This document shows, in pieces, positions 25,241 through 39,018 of a stretch of 64,000 nucleotides of DNA (the stretch's first letter is position 1; every line of letters starts with the position of its first letter). The translations under genes and the position numbers were made by a program. The notes below the pieces were generated by a model. The model had not been told where the DNA came from and did no database searches. It saw nothing but the letters and a program-made list of their open reading frames with translations. Origin of the DNA: Octopus vulgaris. Its lineage: Eukaryota. The stretch is from the NCBI GenBank assembly GCA_951406725.2, contig OX597831.1, positions 36,580,001-36,644,000 of the forward strand, written 5' to 3'.

Positions 25241-25549
25241 GAAACAGTTCAGACAGATATTGTATAGCCTTGTATATTTGGTCGGCTTGAGGCTATAGTA
25301 GAACACACTTGCCCAAGATACCACACAGTGGGACTGAACCCAGGAACATGTGGTTTGTAAGCAAGCCACTTACCACACAGCCACTCCTATGCCTATATAT
25401 ATATATATATATATATATTATATTAAATTAGAGATAAAACCACTATTAGGCAAATCATACAATGAAAAACTTAAGCCAATACATAAGATAATTAATTTAT
25501 ATTATTTTAAATATATATCAAAATTATTAAAAAAAGATAATTAGTATAA

Positions 25550-25612
25550 CACTACGAGTGTTTCATGGCTGTCCAATTCTTAAAATTTCGAGTTACAGTC
25601 ATTCTTCAGGTG
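25550..25612 (-). ncRNA. Type I hammerhead ribozyme motif in a (TA)n-abutting element (about 25420-25800)
   Basis: Minus strand cac-CTGAAGA-atgactgt...acagccat-GAA-Acactcg-T-A-gtg; GUA site, predicted cut between 25553 and 25552. Confidence 0.65.
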
Positions 25613-25919
25613 ATTTAAATATTTAACTTAGCGAGGTTTAATCAATTTCGTAGACAATAATGGACAACGTATGAGGGTTTGAAAATTTCTTACTGAACAA
25701 CCACGCAGATGATTTGTCTATAGGTGCCACATGTCAGATGCAAGCAAATAACACCATGAGGAAGCAGTTGTTTACAACCCAGCAAAATCCTAAGGAAATA
25801 TGAACTCACTCACACAGACACAGATACATAAGCATGCATGCATACATACATACATACATACATACATACATACATACATACATACATACATACATACATA
25901 CACACATACATATATGTGT

Positions 25920-26489
25920 TTGAAATTCTTCTAGCTTCTGTCTACGAAATCCACTCGCGAGGCTTTGGTCAGCCTGAGGCTATAGTAGAAGACACTTGCC
26001 AATGGTGCCACAGAGTGGGACTGAACTCAGAACCTTGTGGTTAGTTAGCAATCTACTTGCAACACAGCCACTCCTGCGCTTCTTTTATTCTTTTACTCTT
26101 TTACTTGTTTCAGTCATTTGACTGCGACCATGCTGGAGCACTGTCTTTAGTTGAACAAATCAATCCCAGGACTTATTCTTTGTAAGCCTAGTACATATTC
26201 TATTGGTCTCTTTTGCCGAACCACTAAGTTACAGGGATGAAAACACACCAGCATCGGTTGTCAAGCAATGGTGGGGGACAAACATAGACACACTAACATA
26301 TATGTACGAATATATATATATATATATATATACATGGCAGGATTCTCTCAGTTTCCGGCAATGAAAGCCACTCACAAGGCTTTGGTTGGCCTGAAGTTAT
26401 AGTAGAAGACACTTGCCCAAGGTGCCATGTAGTGGGACTGAATCCAGAACTATGTGGTTGTAAAGCAAGCTTCTTACCACACACTCATG

Positions 26490-26492
<3 letters not shown>
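25920..26492 (-). mobile_element. Two adjacent SINE-A copies
   Basis: Head half at 25920-26080 and full copy at 26085-26492. Confidence 0.85.
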
Positions 26493-26536
<44 letters not shown>

Positions 26537-26868
26537 ATATATATATGTAAATGTCGAATGATGAAATTGAGTGCTCAACACCACATTGATGGATGTAATT
26601 TCTTTATTTGTGAAATCAAGGTTACAATTGACTTCATGTTAAGGAAAGTAGGAAAATATCCTAGTATCTTAACAATTTTTCAAGCCAATCACACAGAGAA
26701 ATATACTTGCCTCCATTTTGGAAAATCTTGCCTCATATATTTCACAGAGAATCTCTGCAAACTAATGGATGTGAACTCCTTTATCCATGTGATCGACTTG
26801 AAAAATTGTTAACATACTAGGATATTTTACTACTTTTCTTAACATGAAACCAAGAGTAGCCTTAATTC

Positions 26869-26907
<39 letters not shown>

Positions 26908-27795
26908 TTTGAAAAAATAAGGGTGGAAAATTGAATATTAATTTGATTAATATTAATTTAAAACCACTGGTCTAGAATATAGAAAAATCTGAAGATTCAG
27001 AAAAGTCATATTATATATATATAGGAGAGATAACCACTAAGTGGACATCCATATGCTTGGAGTTGCCCCCCAATGGTCTTACCACTAAGAAAGGAATGTT
27101 CTCAAGAAAATTTAGCAAACACCAGGACTGTAATAGATTTCTGTCTTCATTGAGCCTATGGGATGATTTGAACTCAGAACTACAATTTAGTAAAACACTC
27201 ATCGATTACATAGTACCCCAGTTACTAATAGCAATGAAATGTAGAACTCTGAATGTTAATTCAATGCCTTCTCCTTAAACTGAGTACAAATACATTTGTG
27301 TGTATATTATGCATGTGCCTATATCGTTATTTCTTCCAGGAACACACAGACACAAACACACACACATACACACACACACACACACACACATACACACACA
27401 CACATGCATGCACATACACACACAAATGCATATATGTAAAACACCCAAGCAGTAAGGTTGTGGAAAGGTGTGGATCTATACATACATGCATCCAAAGAAT
27501 CACAGACATAAATACCTTTTTACCTGATGCTAATTTGAAGGTGAATATTGCAGGTAAAAAGTTTCAGAGTCATACATATTTAATTGGACTTTTATAAACG
27601 AACAAATTCACGAAAAAATTTTGCTTTGAATAAGATTGTTTTGAATCTCTTTTGTGACTGTTACTTTCAAATGTAAAGTAAATTATTTGTGGCAAACATA
27701 CATATTTATGAAAAGATCAGGAGAGAGAAGGAAAGAGAGAGAGATACAGTGAGAGAGAGAAGGAGGGAAAGAGAGACTGAATAAAAACTTTATAT

Positions 27796-27836
27796 TTCTA
27801 TCTATGTGTCTATCTATCCATCTATTTGTCTGCCTG

Positions 27837-27879
<43 letters not shown>

Positions 27880-28035
27880 CTATCTATCTATCTATCTATC
27901 TATCTATCCTTCTATCTATCTATCTATCTATCTGTCTATCTATCGGGTTGTCTGTCTGTCTGTCTATCTATCTACCTATCTATCTGTCCGGCTGTCTGTC
28001 TGTCTATCTGTCAGTCTATCTATCTATCTTTCTAT
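27796..28035. repeat. (TATC)n/(TGTC)n microsatellite
   Basis: Direct reading. Confidence 0.95.
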
Positions 28036-28045
28036 CACCCATTAA

Positions 28046-28503
28046 CTCTTTTGTTACCATATTTCTGTTGAGATGCTCTGTGTTTCAAAGAAGTTAGTAG
28101 TAAAATAAAGAATTTAGGAAAATAAATTAGTTATCATTTAGTGTTAGGAACATAAATTGTGATTAAGGTTTGGTAGAAGATTTTAATTCAGAACTTTGAA
28201 AAACGAAACATTTGTACTACAGAGCCAGAGGTGTTTTCAGTCAGGTTGGTATCAAAAGGGTTAAAAATATCATGGTGACTTTAACCCTTTTGTTACCATA
28301 TTTCTGTTGAGATGCTCCGTGTTTCTTTCAATTAATTTTAAATATAACAAAGAATTTAATAAAATAACTTAGTTATCAAGCTAGTGTTAGGAACATAATT
28401 TGTGACTATGGTTTGGTGGAAGATTTTAATTCAAAACTTATGATAACAAGACATTTGTATTACAGAGCCAGAGGCAGTTTCAAGCAGGTTAGTATCAGAA
28501 GGG
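28046..28503. mobile_element. Two adjacent piggyBac-like MITEs (28046-28260, 28285-28503)
   Basis: Each flanked by TTAA, with TIRs cccttttgttacca / tggtatcaaaaggg. Confidence 0.8.
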
Positions 28504-28723
28504 TTAAACTCTGTAAAGCAGTTGTTTTTAGGAACAGTATGTCACCTTGAAGGATTCAGAGGAGCTGGCATGGGACCACCAGTGATCCCCATCACTGGTG
28601 GACCTGCCAGCTCTACACATGATGATGTCTTTGGGACCATTAACCTGGGATGACCCCAGCCCAGGGACCTCCTGCCTGGGTAGGCAAGGTAGACAGTGCC
28701 TACCTTGAATAAAATAGATCAAT

Positions 28724-29120
28724 AGGCATAGGAATGGCTGTGTGCTAAGTAGCTTGTTTACGAACCACATGGTTCCGGATTCAGTCCCACTGCGTGGAAC
28801 CTTGGGTATGTGTCTTTTACTATACCCTCGGGCCAACAAAAGTCTTGTGAGTGGATTTGGTAGACGGAAACTGAAAAAAGCCCATCGCATATATGTATAT
28901 ATGTGTATATATATGTTTGTGTGCCTGTGTTTGTCCCCTCAACATTGCTTGACAACCAATGCTGGCGTGTTTACGTCCCCGTAACTTAGTGGTTGGGCAA
29001 AAGGGACCAATAGAATAAGTACTAGGCTTACAAAGAATAAGTCCTGGGGTCAATTTGCTCGACTAAAGGCGGTGCTCCAGCATAGCCACAGTCAAAATCA
29101 CTGAAACAAGTAAAAAGAGA
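28724..29120 (+). mobile_element. SINE-A
   Basis: Full-length match. Confidence 0.9.
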
Positions 29121-29715
29121 GTAACATTTTCCTATTATGGCAAAATATGCACCTAATTCAATATAATTATGAAGGGTACTCTGATTACTAGGTATAAAAT
29201 GCAATATCTTATATTTTGTAGAATTGGGTAGGCATAATTCGCCCCTGCCTTTCAATTTCAGTATTACAACTATGTATAGTACTGCTGTAGTACACATGCT
29301 GTGTACATTCCTACAACAATGTTTTCTTCACGCGCTGTAAAGGCAGAAGTAACTCTGCCTGCATTTCAGCTGTGTGCCTGTGTTTTGCTAATGGTTTTTG
29401 CATGTTTTACTACATAAACCTCACCAACTGCCTACCCTGAGTAATTACTGCCCCAGCCCTATCAAGCAAGAACATGAAACGGTAGCAGCATGCTATCACA
29501 TCTCTCTTATAGGAACAAGGCTAGAAATTTGGTGGGAGAAAGTTACCTGATTGAATCAGTGCTAGTACACAACTGGTACGTTACCTCATTGCCATCATAA
29601 GGGTGAAAATCAAAACTGCCATTTGCAGAACTTAAATTTGGAATGTGAGGAACAGGAATAATATTTCATCTCAACCAAATTTCCAGGTATGTGCATAAAT
29701 AAGGAACAATTATTA

Positions 29716-29881
29716 GGTGCAGATATGGCTGTGTGGTAAGAAGTTTGCTTCCTAACCACATGATTTCAGGTTCAGTCCCACTTTGTGACACATTGGCCAA
29801 GTGTTTTCTGCTATAGCCTTGAGCTGATCAAAGCCTTGTGAGTGGATTTGGTAGATGGAAACGGAAAGAAGTCTGTTGTAT

Positions 29882-29913
<32 letters not shown>

Positions 29914-30120
29914 TATGTATATGTTTGTGTGTGTCTGTTTGTCAACTGAAGTTGGTGTTTTTATGTACCCGTTCCCTGTAACTTAGCAGTTCAGCAAAAG
30001 GAACCAATAGAATAAGTACTAGGCTTACGAAGAATAAGTCCTGGGATCAATTTGTTCAACTAAAGGCAGTGCTCCAGCATGGCCACACTCGAATGACTGA
30101 AACAAGTAAAAGAATAAAAG
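29716..30120 (+). mobile_element. SINE-A
   Basis: Full-length match. Confidence 0.85.
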
Positions 30121-30330
30121 TATGATAGAATTTGTGTTTAGATTGGCAGAAGTACCATTACAGTGTTGGACAGACTTATAGTGTTTGTTTTGGTTCTTTA
30201 ATATTCTGGAAATCAATTTTGCCTTTCATCACTCCAAGTACTAAGGGGTTGGTTTAATTGATAAACCTTTACTCAAAAATTTCAGGCCTTGTACCACTAT
30301 TAGAAAATAAAATAAAATAATAATAATAAT

Positions 30331-30801
30331 ATTGGTATAAAAGATGGGCTACAGCAAATATTCTGCTCAATACCACAGATTTGCTTGTCAATTGTTAGAC
30401 CTTAACCAGTTGAGCATGTCCCTTAGTGGCTGACGATATGTGCATCTCTGATCACGAGCAAAAGTGTGGGGAGCATCATAGCCAGGTATTGAGAGGGATT
30501 CTTTGGGGTTTGAATAATTCACCTCTGGAAATATGGGCGCTTCGTTCAACATCCTTAAACAACCCTTATTCAGGGACCTTTTGAGCTGGATGGGTTACTC
30601 GACCAGAAGAAAATTCTAACTGGGCCCCACCTACAAGGTCATGTGCTGTTTATCTTGATATGAGATAATCATGTTGTGCACATACGGTTGTGATGCATGT
30701 GCCTAGTGTACCCTTATTAGATGGGTAGTCATGATGGGTATACAGGGCTTCGTATATTTTACCCCGGTGTTACTTTGATGGCATGCACTGCTCTCTCACT
30801 C
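30331..30801 (+). mobile_element. Family D: 5'-truncated non-coding retroposon inserted in (TAA)n
   Basis: Same 3' end gcactgctctctcactc-(AAT)n as copies at 46635-47190 and 47510-47914; variable 5' ends. Confidence 0.75.
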
Positions 30802-30817
30802 AATAATAATAATAATG

Positions 30818-30887
<70 letters not shown>

Positions 30888-30927
30888 TTATAATAATAAT
30901 TACAATAATAACAAGAATAAAATAATA

Positions 30928-31195
30928 ACAATGTCCTCTCAATGATTAGCCGTGGATAATTTTTAAAACAAGAATATCTGAAATAAACTCAACTGCTCTC
31001 ACAAACGCGAATACTAGAAATGAACCCGACTGCTCTCAAAAATTAAGTAAAAAAACAGGGAAAATAATCTAGAGTCCCTAAAAGTTTCATCCGAATCCAT
31101 CCAGTTATTCTCAAGATATCTTGTCCATGGGCAAACGAACAAACAAGCAAACGTGACTGGAAACAATACCTCTGCCTTCACTAAGGGGGAGGTAA
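30928..31195. mobile_element. Helentron/HINE-like element (partial); family of 46241-46611
   Basis: 3' palindrome tacctctgcctt-cact-aagggggaggta, (AAAC)n, shared body with the 46241 copy. Confidence 0.6.
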
Positions 31196-31210
31196 CAATA
31201 ATAATAATAA

Positions 31211-31405
31211 TTAAGAACTATTTGTAAACATTTGAATTGGTAGATGGAGCAAATTGGCATAAAACCCAGTTTAGTACAGTTCCAGAAAACAGTGTTATTA
31301 GGGACAGTAGGGATACTTAGGAGGGCTCTTAGCATCTAAGGTGACTTGTAGCCTGATGTTAGGAATTTTTGTTTTCCAACAGTCTAATCTGTTGTGTATA
31401 TGACT
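31211..31405 (+). mobile_element. Dong/R4-clade LINE 3' end in (TAA)n
   Basis: LRTICKHLNW*MEQIGIKPSLVQFQKTVLLGTVGILRRALSI* resembles the R4/Dong C-terminal QK..LLGT..ILR motif; flanked by taataa. Confidence 0.7.
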
Positions 31406-31438
31406 AATAATAATAACAATTCTTCTTATTGTTGTTAC

Positions 31439-31526
<88 letters not shown>

Positions 31527-31560
31527 GCTGCTGCTGCTGCTGCTGCTGTTGTTTTTATTA

Positions 31561-31703
31561 AGGCGGTGAGCTGGCAGAATTGTTAGCACACCTGCCAAAA
31601 TGCTTAGCAGCATTTCATCTACCTTTATATTGTAAGTTCAAATTTTGCCGAGGTTGACGTTACTTTTCATCTTTACAGTGATTGATAAAATAAATACCAG
31701 TTG

Positions 31704-31749
<46 letters not shown>

Positions 31750-31757
31750 AACACACA

Positions 31758-31799
<42 letters not shown>

Positions 31800-31840
31800 C
31801 CTGAAAGTGCTGGCCTTGTGCCAAAATTAGAAAGAAATAT
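31561..31840 (+). mobile_element. SINE-B with internal (CA)n and alternative tail
   Basis: aggcggtgagctggcagaa head; tail ggccttgtgccaaaattagaa. Confidence 0.75.
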
Positions 31841-31857
31841 TATCATTATTATTATTA

Positions 31858-31898
<41 letters not shown>

Positions 31899-32334
31899 GT
31901 TATCATTATTATTATTATTATCATTATTATTGTTGTTGTTGTTGTTGTTGTTGCTGTTGTTGTTGTTGTCTAAAGTAGCAAGCTGGCAGAATTGTAGCAT
32001 GATGGACAAAATACTTAGCAGCGTTTCGTCCATTGCTATGTTCCGAGTTCAAATTCTGCCGAGGTCAACTTTGCCTTGTGCCTCCAGTAGAAAGGATTTT
32101 TATCCTTCAGTCCCACTGTGCGGCACCTTGGCCAGGTGTCTTTTCCTATAGCCTCAGGCTGACCATAGCCTTGTGAGTGGATTTGGCAGACGGAAACTGA
32201 AAGGAGCCCATCATATGTGTGTGTGTGTGTGTTTGTGTGTGTGTGTTTGTGTGTGTGTTTGTATCTGTCTATCCTCCCACCATCACTTGCTTCCAGTAGA
32301 ATGGATTATTATTATTATTATTATTATTATTATA

Positions 32335-32373
<39 letters not shown>

Positions 32374-33379
32374 ATTATTATTATTATTATTATTTTTATT
32401 TGATATCTGTATCAGTCCTTCCTATTGTTTCTCAAATCATCCAAAGAACCAGGATAGAAATAATTTTTGAAAAATTAATAAAATAATGTCACGATTCACA
32501 GAAACTTTCCAGCAAGAATTTTGATGAGAACACTTATTCTTTGACTCTATTCATGTAAGAATTTACCCTTTATATCAATATGTTTCAATCATTGCTCATG
32601 AGTAGACTTCCCGCAGAGGTCAGCAGTGATGTGAGAGATAACACATTTATGCAACTCTTTATTTATTTAATTAAAGTGAACAAAATATAACAATAATTCT
32701 ACAAGAAGAGAAAATAAAATTCACTGTATTATTCTATTTCATCTTTTTTTTTTTTACTTTTTCCTTTTATATGCTTCAACATTTCATTACATAGAATAAA
32801 AAAAATATATATATAAATATACATATATATAAATGGAAAAGATAAAATAGCTGAAAACCCAGAAGGGAATTGAGGGAGAAATTGAATGGTTTACAAAATA
32901 ATTAATTTTACAAAACCTGAAATGGAATCAAAAAAGAACAAAATTGCATTGAAATTGCCATCATTTTTCATTGCATGAGTAAACTAGTTCAATAATGATA
33001 ATGTAAATATTGATAATGGTTTTTTGTTTCTCTCTCTTTAATCTTCCATCGGAAACATCTGTGTACCATTGTAGAAAACTTAGAAAATGATTATTATGTA
33101 ATGCATTTTCACTACAATATCATGACACCCTCCATAGTTACAGTAAGACTGATGATTATATAAAACAGATGTAAAAAAAAAGAATTATAAAGATATGTTG
33201 ATCTAAATTATGGAATCAAACAGTGCAAGTAGTTGAAGGATGTGGCTAGGAGGAGGTTAGGTTGCTGTTTCCAGCAGTTTCAGTGACCAGTTATGGGTTC
33301 CCAATTGATCAATAGTTTCTTGATGTTGTTACGCCAGAAGCCAACCCTGTTCAAGTTCATCATGAACATCATCAGCATC

Positions 33380-33553
33380 ATCTGGCTGTGTATTAAGAAG
33401 CTTGCTTCCCAACCACATGGTTCCAATTTCAGTCCCACTCTGTGGCACCTTGAGCAAGTGTCTTCTACTATAGCCACAGGCTGACCAAAGCCTTGTGAGT
33501 GGATTTGGCAGATAGAAACTGAGAGAAGCCCATTGTATACATATATATATATA

Positions 33554-33584
<31 letters not shown>

Positions 33585-33815
33585 ATTTATGTTTGTGTCT
33601 GTGTGTGTCTATATTTGTCACCCTCCCCATCACATCACAACCAATGTTGGTATCTTTATGTATCTGTAACTTAGCAGTTCAGCACAAGAGACCGAAAAAA
33701 TTAAGTAGAAAGAATAAGTACCAAACTTACAAAGAATAAAACCTCAGTTCGATTTCTTCAACTAAAAGATGGTGCTCCAGCATGGCCACAGTCGAACGAT
33801 TGAAACAAAATAAAA
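33380..33815 (+). mobile_element. SINE-A (older)
   Basis: Match to consensus. Confidence 0.8.
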
Positions 33816-33977
33816 GAAAGAATCATCATTTAACATCCCTTTCCCATGCTGGAAAGGGTTGAATGGTTTGATGGGAACTGGCAAGGCCAGGAGCCGCAAC
33901 AGGTCCCATTGTTTTTTTGGCATGGGTTCTACATCTGGATGCCTTCCTAACATCAGTCACTTTACAGAGAATACTAG

Positions 33978-35328
33978 GAGCTTTTTACGTGGCACCAGCA
34001 CCAGTGCTTTTTATGTGACACCAGCACCAAGTGCATTTTACATGGCACCAACTCCAGTGCTTTTTATGTGACACCAGCACCAAGTACATTTTACATGGCA
34101 CCAGCACCAGTACTTTTTATGTGACATCAGCTCCAAGTACATTTTACATGGTACCAGCAAGAGTGCTTTTTATGTAACACCAGCACCAAGTACATTTTAC
34201 ATGGCACCAGCACCAGTGCTTTTTATGTGACACCAGCTCCAAGTACATTTTACATGGTACCAGTAAGAGTGCTTTTTATGTGACACCAGCACCAAGTACA
34301 TTTTACATGGCACCAGCACCAGTGCTTTTTATGTGACACCAGCACCAAGTACATTTTACATGACCCCCAGTACCAGTGCTTTTTATGTGACACCAGAACC
34401 AAGTGCATTTTACATGTCACCAGCACCAGTGCTTTTTATGTGACACCAGCTCCAAGTACATTTTACATGGTACCAGCACCAGTGCTTTTTATGTGACACC
34501 AGCACCAAGTACATTTTACATGGCACCAGCACCAGTGCTTTTTATGTGACACCAGCACCAAGTACATTTTACATGACCCCCAGTACCAGTGCTTTTTATG
34601 TGACACCAGCACCAAGTGCATTTTACATGGTACCAGCACCAGTGCTTTTTATGTGACACCAGCACCAAGTACATTTTACATGTCACCAACACCAGTGCTT
34701 TTTATGTGACACCAGCACCAAGTACATTTTGCATGGCACCAGCAAGAGTGCTTTTTATGTGACACCAGCACCAAGTACATTTTACATGACCCCCAGTACC
34801 AGTGCTTTTTATGTGACACCAGCTCCAAGTACATTTTACATGGCACCAGCAAGAGTGCTTTTTATGTGACACCAGCACCAAGTACATTTTACATGGCACC
34901 AGCACCAGTGCTTTTTATGTGACATCAGCTCCAAGTACATTTTACATGGTACCAGTAAGAGTGCTTTTTATGTGACACCAGCACCAAGTACATTTTACAT
35001 GACCCCCAGCACCAATGCTTTTTATGTGACACCAGCACCAAGTGCATTTTACATGGTACCAGCACCAGTGCTTTTTATGTGACACCAACACCAAGTACAT
35101 TTTACATGTCACCAGCACCAGTGCATTTTATGTGACACCAGCACCAAGTACATTTTGCTTGGCACCAGCCACAGTGCTTTTTATGTGACACCAGCACCAA
35201 GTACATTTTACATGGCACCAGCACCGGCACCAGCACCAAGTACATTTTGCATGGCACCAGCACCATTGCTTTTTGTGTGACACCAGCACCAAGTACATTT
35301 TAGATGATACCAGCACCAGTGCCTTTTA
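33978..35328. repeat. 53-bp dimeric minisatellite (26+27 bp), about 25 units, inside a family C RTE 3' UTR
   Basis: ccagcaccagtgctttttatgtgaca + ccagcaccaagtacattttacatggca; preceded by family C end 33823-33977. Confidence 0.95.
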
Positions 35329-36356
35329 CCAGGCTTACCTAATATACTTTTCTCTTTACTTAGGATAATAGTGATATGAAGGAAATTTGGCTGCTGTTTC
35401 TAGCATGTTGAGCAACGATGTGTAAACTCCCTCTATAAGTATTGTTTATCCTGGGTCTACCTGACTGGGAGTTGTGATTATAGATTTTCCTGACATTGCT
35501 ATCTTTTATCATTGTGTAGTGTATTTTCCTGTGTCGTTCTTTTGTTAAGATGGTAGAATTTGAAATGAGTGAATCTGCTTACTATTTTTAGCAGCTCAAG
35601 CAACCACAAAGATGCTCTCTCATTAGCTCACATCTCTCTTATCAAGCTTGGTACATCACATTACCTTTCACTTAGTTTGAATCTTTTTTGACTTGACTTT
35701 GATCTTACCTTTCATTTTTCTCATCTTTTCTTTGTTTTTTTTGTATTCTTCACGACAAGATAAATTCAAATGATTTCTACTAAAATTAGTCTTGAGCCAA
35801 ATAAAAATCAAATCACTCAAAATAAATGAATTGAAAATAGCCTTTTGGTTTGGTGATGTACTTCAAACATGAAATAACGCTAAATCATTTTAAATTTAGT
35901 GTTAAGCTTAATGAATTCATTCTCTTCCTTCACCTTTACCGAAATATAAATCTATCTATATACCAAATATATATGCAAATGTAAATTCTATAAACAGAGA
36001 GAAGGAGAGAGAGAGAGACAGAGAGAGAGAGGAAGGCGAACATCTAATGTTAATGTTTTCCTTATATCTTTCAAGTATAGAATCATATCTTGGAAAAATC
36101 ATAAATTAAATAATAAAATCACAGTTAAAGAAATAAGTATTTCCTTTCTTTCTGGCACCAAACCTCTTATTTTACCAAAATAGATATCCAAACTAAATCA
36201 TTATTTTTCTTAGTGTCTATGCTGTATTAATCTACTTTATCATAGCTACGGTGGAGTATCTCAGAGAAAATCATGGATTCGAATTGATTCTGGAATAGTT
36301 GGACAAAAGTGCTGATTGAATCTAAATTAAATAGGGATGTAACAATTCCAATGCAG

Positions 36357-36960
36357 GAGGCACAATGGCCCAGTGGTTAGGGCAGTGGATTCGCGGTCGT
36401 AGGATCGCGGTTTCGATTCCCAGACCGGGCGTTGTGAGTGTTTATTGAGCAAAAACACCTAAAAGCTCCACTAGGCTCCGGCAGTGATGGTGGTGATCCC
36501 TGCTGTACTCTTTCACCACAACTTTCTCTCACTCTTACTTCCTGTTTCTGTTGTACCTGTATTTCAAGGGGCTGGCCTTGTCACTCTCTGTGTCACGCTG
36601 AATATCCCCGAGAACTACGTTAAGGGTGCACGTGTCTGTGGAGTGTTCAGCCACTTACATGTTAATTTCACGAGCAGGCTGTTCCGTTGATCGGATCAAC
36701 CGGAACCCTCGTCGTCATAACCGACGGAGTGCTTCCAGTTGTGTGTCTTTATTGAGTGAAAACACCTAAAGCTCCATGAGGCTCTGGCAGGGGCTGGTGG
36801 CGACCCCTGTTGTACTCTTTCGCCCCAACTTTCTCTCACTCTTTCTTCATGTTTCTTGTGTAATGCCACGATGGACTGGCATCCTCTCCAGCTGGAGGGA
36901 ACACACACCATAGAAACTGGGAAACCGGGCCCATGAGCCTGGCTAGGCTTGAAAAAGGGC
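36357..36960 (+). mobile_element. tRNA-derived SINE with internal duplication and Meta-like 3' part
   Basis: tggcccagtggttagg / gtttcgattccc boxes; ttattgag..aaacacctaaagctcca occurs at 36442 and 36749; related copy at 55080-55385 (-). Confidence 0.75.
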
Positions 36961-37321
36961 GCATAAAAAATATTGTACAAGAGTGAATGATCTATGTTTT
37001 TTTACTAAATGTCATTGTAATAACACAGCTTTCATATATTTTTCAAAGACGAGTCTTATCCAAAATGCTGTAACTTGTGTTCCCTCACTGGAAGAAACAT
37101 ATTTTAGGACATACTTTCATGGTACTAAGCTACTGAGATATATCAACTGGGAAAAACAGTTTTAATATATAGGAAAGTTTCAGTGCTGAAAACTAATGAA
37201 AACTCATCAGTTTTGCAATACTTTCTCTGCGGGATTTCTATGTGATTGTTTGACCTGTTAGAAATAGCAGCTAATCTCCTTTGAATTTCATACTAGTGTT
37301 ATAAAAATTGGGGAGACATAT

Positions 37322-37534
37322 CCTTTTCTACTCTAGGCACAAGGCCGAAATTTTGGGGGGAGGGGGCCAGTGAATTAGATCAACCTCAGTACACAACTGG
37401 CACATAATTTATCGACTCTGAAAGGACGGAAGGCAAAGTTGACCTTGGTGGAATTTGAACTCAGAACGTAAAGACAGACGAAATACTGCTAAGCATTTTG
37501 CCCTGCGTGATAATGTTTCTGCCAGCTCGCCACC
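37322..37534 (-). mobile_element. SINE-B with alternative tail
   Basis: Tail (minus) ctggccccctccccccaaaatttcggccttgtgcctagagtagaaaagga. Confidence 0.85.
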
Positions 37535-37693
37535 TAATTGTGGAGACATATCAGTCTTGGATATTGTAGTTCTAGAGAGAGTATGCTTTAAACCACACAT
37601 TGAATATCATTGGAATGCTGATGATCTAAGATCATAGTTCCACTCAATTAAGGCTGACCTAGAGCTAATATACAATAGTACCATAAGGTACCT

Positions 37694-38089
37694 ATTTATT
37701 TCTTTATTGCCCACAAGGGGCTAAACATAGAGGGGACAAACAAGGACAGACAAAGGGATTAAGTCGATTACATCGACCTCAGTGCATAACTGATACTTAA
37801 TTTATTGACCCTGAAAGGATGAAAGCAAAGTCAACCTCGGCAGAATTTGAACTCAGAACGTAACAGCAGATGAAATACCTATTTCTTTACTACCCACAAG
37901 GGGCTAAACACAGAGAGGACAAACAAGGACAGACAAACGGATTAAGTCGATTACATCGGCCCCAGTGCATAACTGGTACTTAATTTATTGACCCTGAAAG
38001 AATGAAAGGCAAAATTGAACTCAGAACGTAACAGCAGGCGAAATACCACTAAGCATTTCGCCCGGCGTGCTAACGTTTTTACCAGCTCC
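37694..38089 (-). mobile_element. SINE-B dimer
   Basis: Junction gaaatacc|tatttctttac at about 37880. Confidence 0.85.
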
Positions 38090-38429
38090 CAGTATGAATT
38101 GGATTGTCTCTCTCTGTACCTTTTGGCATTATTTTTACTACTTTAAGAAAATTCCTCGAATGAACAGAATTTATAAGTTTTCAAATCAGGAAAATAAAAT
38201 TATTTTATTGATGTAAAGAAGAAAATATATGAAAAATTAAAAATTGTTAAAATCTATTCAACTTAATAACATGTCAATCATTTGTTCTTTTTCTCAACAA
38301 GCATTCTTCTTCTATATTCCATTTATTTGATATTTTGATTGTTAATGTAGCATGCCTAGTGGTATAAGCAAACACTGATCTCTACTCTCTCTGATCCCAG
38401 TTTCAACTAAGATATTAGAGCAGTCTTTC

Positions 38430-38720
38430 TGAAATTAGCTGATGGCTTCAGTGCCTCAATAGCAGACTTACCAAGTTTAATGCAATATTTCATGTTGGCT
38501 CTTTGTTCCAATTTCCTGTCCATGACACACTTGTAGCATACAGCATACACCTGATCACAAAAACACAAATTTCACAACCTGCGAAAGTAAACACATCAGT
38601 GTCACTCAACAAACTTGTTTCATGAAGCTCACTGCCAGCTCTCCCTGTGCACGCAACCATGTCTTGCTTTCTGTTGAAGCAATACAGAATTAGTCTTAAA
38701 ACATTTTAATACTGCCTTGT
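38430..38720 (-). mobile_element. Mariner 5' relic (transposase N-terminus)
   Basis: Minus strand from 38523: MDRKLEQRANMKYCIKLGKSAIEAL, typical mariner start (EQR..IKFC.KLGKS). Confidence 0.7.
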
Positions 38721-38767
38721 ATATATATATATATTTCATAATCTGTATGTTGTCTTTCATGTAAGTA

Positions 38768-39018
38768 TAGAGTGTTCAAAAAGTCACTCCGCACTGAATC
38801 TTTTTCCTCCTGTGCATTTTTCTTTTTGAAGACACCATCAACACCGAAAGATATTGCTTAAATATTTTCTATCCATTTGTAGGCCAACTCACTGAAAATG
38901 AAATTAATAATGCATACTTTCAGCGAGATGGGGCTACAGCACATACTTCAGGCATCATCTGATTAATATTTATTTTGCAATAAAATACTTACTGCGGAGA
39001 GACATCTTGAACACCCTA
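38768..39018. mobile_element. Tc1/mariner-type MITE
   Basis: TA-tagagtgttcaaaaagtcactccgcact ... actgcggagagacatcttgaacacccta-TA. Confidence 0.7.

Noticed and set aside
33978-35328. CRISPR-like regular array
   Set aside because: No unique spacers, no cas genes, eukaryotic context; a tandem repeat derived from a LINE UTR. Its ORFs are stop-interrupted artefacts.
36357-36433. tRNA gene
   Set aside because: A and B boxes are present, but no acceptor stem forms and it continues into a multi-copy SINE body; the same holds for the other SINE heads.
37170-37216. CTGATGA...GAAA on the minus strand
   Set aside because: No convincing stems I-III; likely chance in AT-rich DNA.
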